Assembly (NCBI GenBank): GCA_042408215.1
Contig: JAYFMW010000029.1
Coordinates: forward strand, 64,001 to 128,000
DNA length: 64,000 nt
Direction of reading: 5' to 3'
From: Microcoleus sp.
Lineage (GTDB): Bacteria > Cyanobacteriota > Cyanobacteriia > Cyanobacteriales > Microcoleaceae
Position 1 is the stretch's first letter. Every line of letters starts with the position of its first letter. The notes beneath the pieces are model-generated. The model ran no database searches, was not told the DNA's origin, and was given only the letters and a program-made list of their open reading frames with translations. Shown one piece after another: positions 61,314 through 64,000 of this stretch. The translations under genes were made by a program, and so were the position numbers.

Positions 61314-62828
61314 ATGGACTTTGAGAATATTCGTCAGTGGCAGGGAACTGCTGAGGCGATCGCCAAGGAACTTAAACGCCAAATCGACAGGCTTGGGTTG
61401 TCTGTGGAACCGCCGGCCGTGCGAACTGTCCGGTTGTGGCGATCGAAGCAGCTTTTGTCGCAACCGAAAGGGCAAGAATTTAGATTTCGCCAGATTTTGG
61501 AGGGATTGGGTGTGGCGCTGCTGCTGAAGCGGGGCTGGACGCTGGCGGCGATCGCGCAAGTTTTACCCTCATTCCCCGACGCAACTTTGGAGCAACAAAT
61601 TATTGCCGAGGCTGATGGTCAAGACCCCTCGTGGTTGCCACAAATGCAAACAACTACATTACCATTACCTACAGGACACGCCAGCGCTGTCGATCTCGCT
61701 GAAGATACTGTTATATTGCTGGCCCAGGGAATTCTGCGGCAATACACAAGAATTCTCAATCGAGACATTGTTCGTCAAGATGACAAGAGTATGCCATCGG
61801 AACTTTATCGGGCTATGTGCAAGTTGGGCCGACTGTATATCGAAGCCGGAAAAAGCGATCGCGCGGCTTGCGTGCATACCGTTTTGGAACGTGCTAGATA
61901 TCCCCTTGATGAGTGGGAATTAGATATTTTTTGTCACCCAGATTTTCGCTTTGGTCAAGCAATTCTCATCGATTCCGACTTGCGAGTGCCGACTTCAGAT
62001 TGTGCTGAAATTGCCAACAGCAAAGGTACTTTTGGCGAAGATAATGTCATCGAACATCGCCTGTATGAACGGTTGCGCGAGGCAACTGAACGATTGGGAA
62101 TTCGCCGCCAGCACAAAGCTTATACGGCTTTGCGATCGCTATTTGGCAGTCGATCGCTCATTGGAGAACATCAACTTTTAGACTACTTACGTGACAAGGA
62201 TTTAACGCCTTTGCAGGGAATGATTGTTGACACCTTTTTTGATAGCGTGCCGGATGTCTGGTTAATTAACGGACAGGCTCATCGCTGCGCCCATTGCGGT
62301 ACGCTGATGCGACCATATGCCGATAAAATACTTTTTCCCGATGGGCGATGTCCGATTCGCCAATGCCTCGGTCACAACTCCTCAACAGCAAAAGTTTCTG
62401 ATAAATTAGACCCAAACCAAGACCGCTTGCTGATTGCCAAACCGCAAATTTTAACCTATTGGACTGGGCCGGCGATCGACGAATTAGCAATTTTTGATGC
62501 AGCCCTAAAAAACGGACTCGATGCCGAACTTTACCCAGAATCTGACCTGTGCGATGTCGCAATTAACGGTCGAAATATTGGCATTGACGCGAAGTCATAC
62601 ACCAGTCCTGTCTCCCTTGCCTTGCGCCTCAACCGCACTGGCATCGGGGGGCTGATTCACTACCGCCGCCGCATCATTGCCGTCAGCGACCAATTAATTG
62701 AGGAGCGGCCAGATTACCTCTCTACTTTCCAGTCTGCGATCGATAAAAAAGGCAATCCTGCTACTCTCGAAATTATGTCTGTTTCACAAGTCATTGAATT
62801 GTTAAAGGCAATTAAATATGAGAATTAA
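61314..62828 (+). CDS. pPIWI_RE-associated restriction-endonuclease-fold protein (Y domain + Zn ribbon + REase) with extra N-terminal MerR-like HTH
   Basis: VRTVRLW HTH; PL.EW...PT.DC.E; AY.ALR; CAHC/CPIRQC; P...EL...ELYP..D.CD...IDAKSY. Confidence 0.82.
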   Translation: MDFENIRQWQGTAEAIAKELKRQIDRLGLSVEPPAVRTVRLWRSKQLLSQPKGQEFRFRQILEGLGVALLLKRGWTLAAIAQVLPSFPDATLEQQIIAEADGQDPSWLPQMQTTTLPLPTGHASAVDLAEDTVILLAQGILRQYTRILNRDIVRQDDKSMPSELYRAMCKLGRLYIEAGKSDRAACVHTVLERARYPLDEWELDIFCHPDFRFGQAILIDSDLRVPTSDCAEIANSKGTFGEDNVIEHRLYERLREATERLGIRRQHKAYTALRSLFGSRSLIGEHQLLDYLRDKDLTPLQGMIVDTFFDSVPDVWLINGQAHRCAHCGTLMRPYADKILFPDGRCPIRQCLGHNSSTAKVSDKLDPNQDRLLIAKPQILTYWTGPAIDELAIFDAALKNGLDAELYPESDLCDVAINGRNIGIDAKSYTSPVSLALRLNRTGIGGLIHYRRRIIAVSDQLIEERPDYLSTFQSAIDKKGNPATLEIMSVSQVIELLKAIKYEN

Positions 62829-64000
62829 ACCGGATTTCTGGACAGGCCCAGATCGCATCTGCTGGCTGTGCGTTTTGATGGCAGAATTTATTGATACTAA
62901 TTCCCTAGAATATGCTCCTTTAACAATATCGGGAATGGCGAGTATTGTCAATGCACCTGCGTTGGCAAAAGCCCGCCAAGCCATTTTTAATATGCGCCTG
63001 ATGTCGCTGGCTTACGTGACAGAACAGTCAGTTAAACACGCAGTTGCTATTTATAACGATCGCCACTACCGCAACAAAACTCAGGGAACCTATAAAATCA
63101 ACTTAGAAACACTTCATTTTGAACGCACAGACCCCCTAGAAGACCCTTTAATTACCCAAGCACGTCAAATTCTCAGCCAGCCTTTAGCACACCTATTTTA
63201 CAGCGCCACCTTTGCCGATCCCCGCCAGCCAATGGCCGTTGCTTTAGGTGAAGAAACAACAGCCGCGAGAGTGCCAATTGGACCGATCGCAGCCCCGCTT
63301 GCGCCGCGCCGCACCCATTCCCTCGATCGCGCCCCGAAAGCAAAAATCCGCATTCCCCTTGCGGAACTGTACGAATTAGCAGTTGAGATGGATGAACGCG
63401 AAGCAAATCATCCTGAAAAAAGACAGGGTAGCTGGGTAAAACGGTTTCAACATTTTGCACTTATGATGCCCGAAATTGGCAAGGGTTTGCGAGAAGAAAC
63501 ATTCATCGAATTAGAAGGCATTAAACACTTAATTGGACTACCAGGATCGGGCAAAACAACTTTGCTCGTATTGATAGCTGTGTGGTTGGGAAAATGCGGT
63601 TATAAAGCGATGTTTGTGTTTCCCTCCATTGAAGTTGCTAGACAGTACATGGCAGAACTGGCATTTCACGAAATTAAAGTGGGAATGCTAGTCGGTCAAA
63701 GCGATGGAGCTCGCCGCCGACACGCTGACAATATTGCCGAGGCGATCGCAGCATCAGGGGGAAATGGCGGCTTTGGTTATAGTTTAGAACAGGCAGAAAC
63801 TTTTGGCTTAAATTGCGTCTTACCTGCGTTTTCAACTGCTGATACTTCGATGTGGAAATTTGGTAAAGCACCCTGCAACGAAATCTTACAAAGTGGTGGT
63901 AAAAAAGGGGAGATGAAAAAGTATCTTTGTCCGGTTTGGACGGTGTGCGGCCGCAACAAAGCTCCCCGCGATTTGCTAGATGCTGATATTTGGGTCGGCC
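62818..64000 (+). CDS. pPIWI_RE-associated helicase (Z domain + DinG-like SF2), truncated by the window end
   Basis: Not in the ORF track; ATG 62818 overlaps the upstream stop, MRIKPDFW..., Walker A HLIGLPGSGKTTL at about 63526-63564, Cys cluster near the end. Confidence 0.8.
   Translation, partial: MRIKPDFWTGPDRICWLCVLMAEFIDTNSLEYAPLTISGMASIVNAPALAKARQAIFNMRLMSLAYVTEQSVKHAVAIYNDRHYRNKTQGTYKINLETLHFERTDPLEDPLITQARQILSQPLAHLFYSATFADPRQPMAVALGEETTAARVPIGPIAAPLAPRRTHSLDRAPKAKIRIPLAELYELAVEMDEREANHPEKRQGSWVKRFQHFALMMPEIGKGLREETFIELEGIKHLIGLPGSGKTTLLVLIAVWLGKCGYKAMFVFPSIEVARQYMAELAFHEIKVGMLVGQSDGARRRHADNIAEAIAASGGNGGFGYSLEQAETFGLNCVLPAFSTADTSMWKFGKAPCNEILQSGGKKGEMKKYLCPVWTVCGRNKAPRDLLDADIWVG

Overview
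Chromosomal window of a filamentous cyanobacterium (cyanobacterial rRNA operon, dense HIP1 GCGATCGC, heptameric STRR tracts; Oscillatoriales/Microcoleus-like is my inference). Core content: tRNA-Tyr/tRNA-Thr, LysM-M23 peptidase, HtrA protease, scpB, an inactive (pseudo-)orthocaspase, a rearranged homologue of the Synechocystis slr0144-slr0152 'Pap' cluster, a full rrn operon, DAHP synthase, PAM68, rpsO, ruvA and GUN4. An accessory block at about 28.9-48.0 kb carries a glycine-zipper three-gene operon, an HTH-NB-ARC-TPR protein, a TPR-CHAT protease and a TerB-dynamin gene with a duplicated C-terminal cassette. The window ends in the first two genes of a pPIWI_RE-type island. RNA-guided mobile DNA is unusually rich. 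(1) Two IscB-less HEARO/omegaRNA IS200/IS605 elements each sit exactly in front of the ATGA start of a host gene; their GAAA guide fits a TCAT target, and both carry a conserved 10-codon mini-ORF and an identical 23-bp motif where iscB should be. (2) A complete IS621-like IS110 element has four bridge-RNA guides that can be matched to its own target and donor sites, plus a 12x20-bp array in its left end. (3) There are three tnpB loci and one tnpB-less IS605 miniature. Also noted: a frame-preserving 72-bp MITE inside a CDS and a candidate 6S-like RNA expanded by 16-bp repeats. Family assignments come from motif recognition by eye, not database searches.
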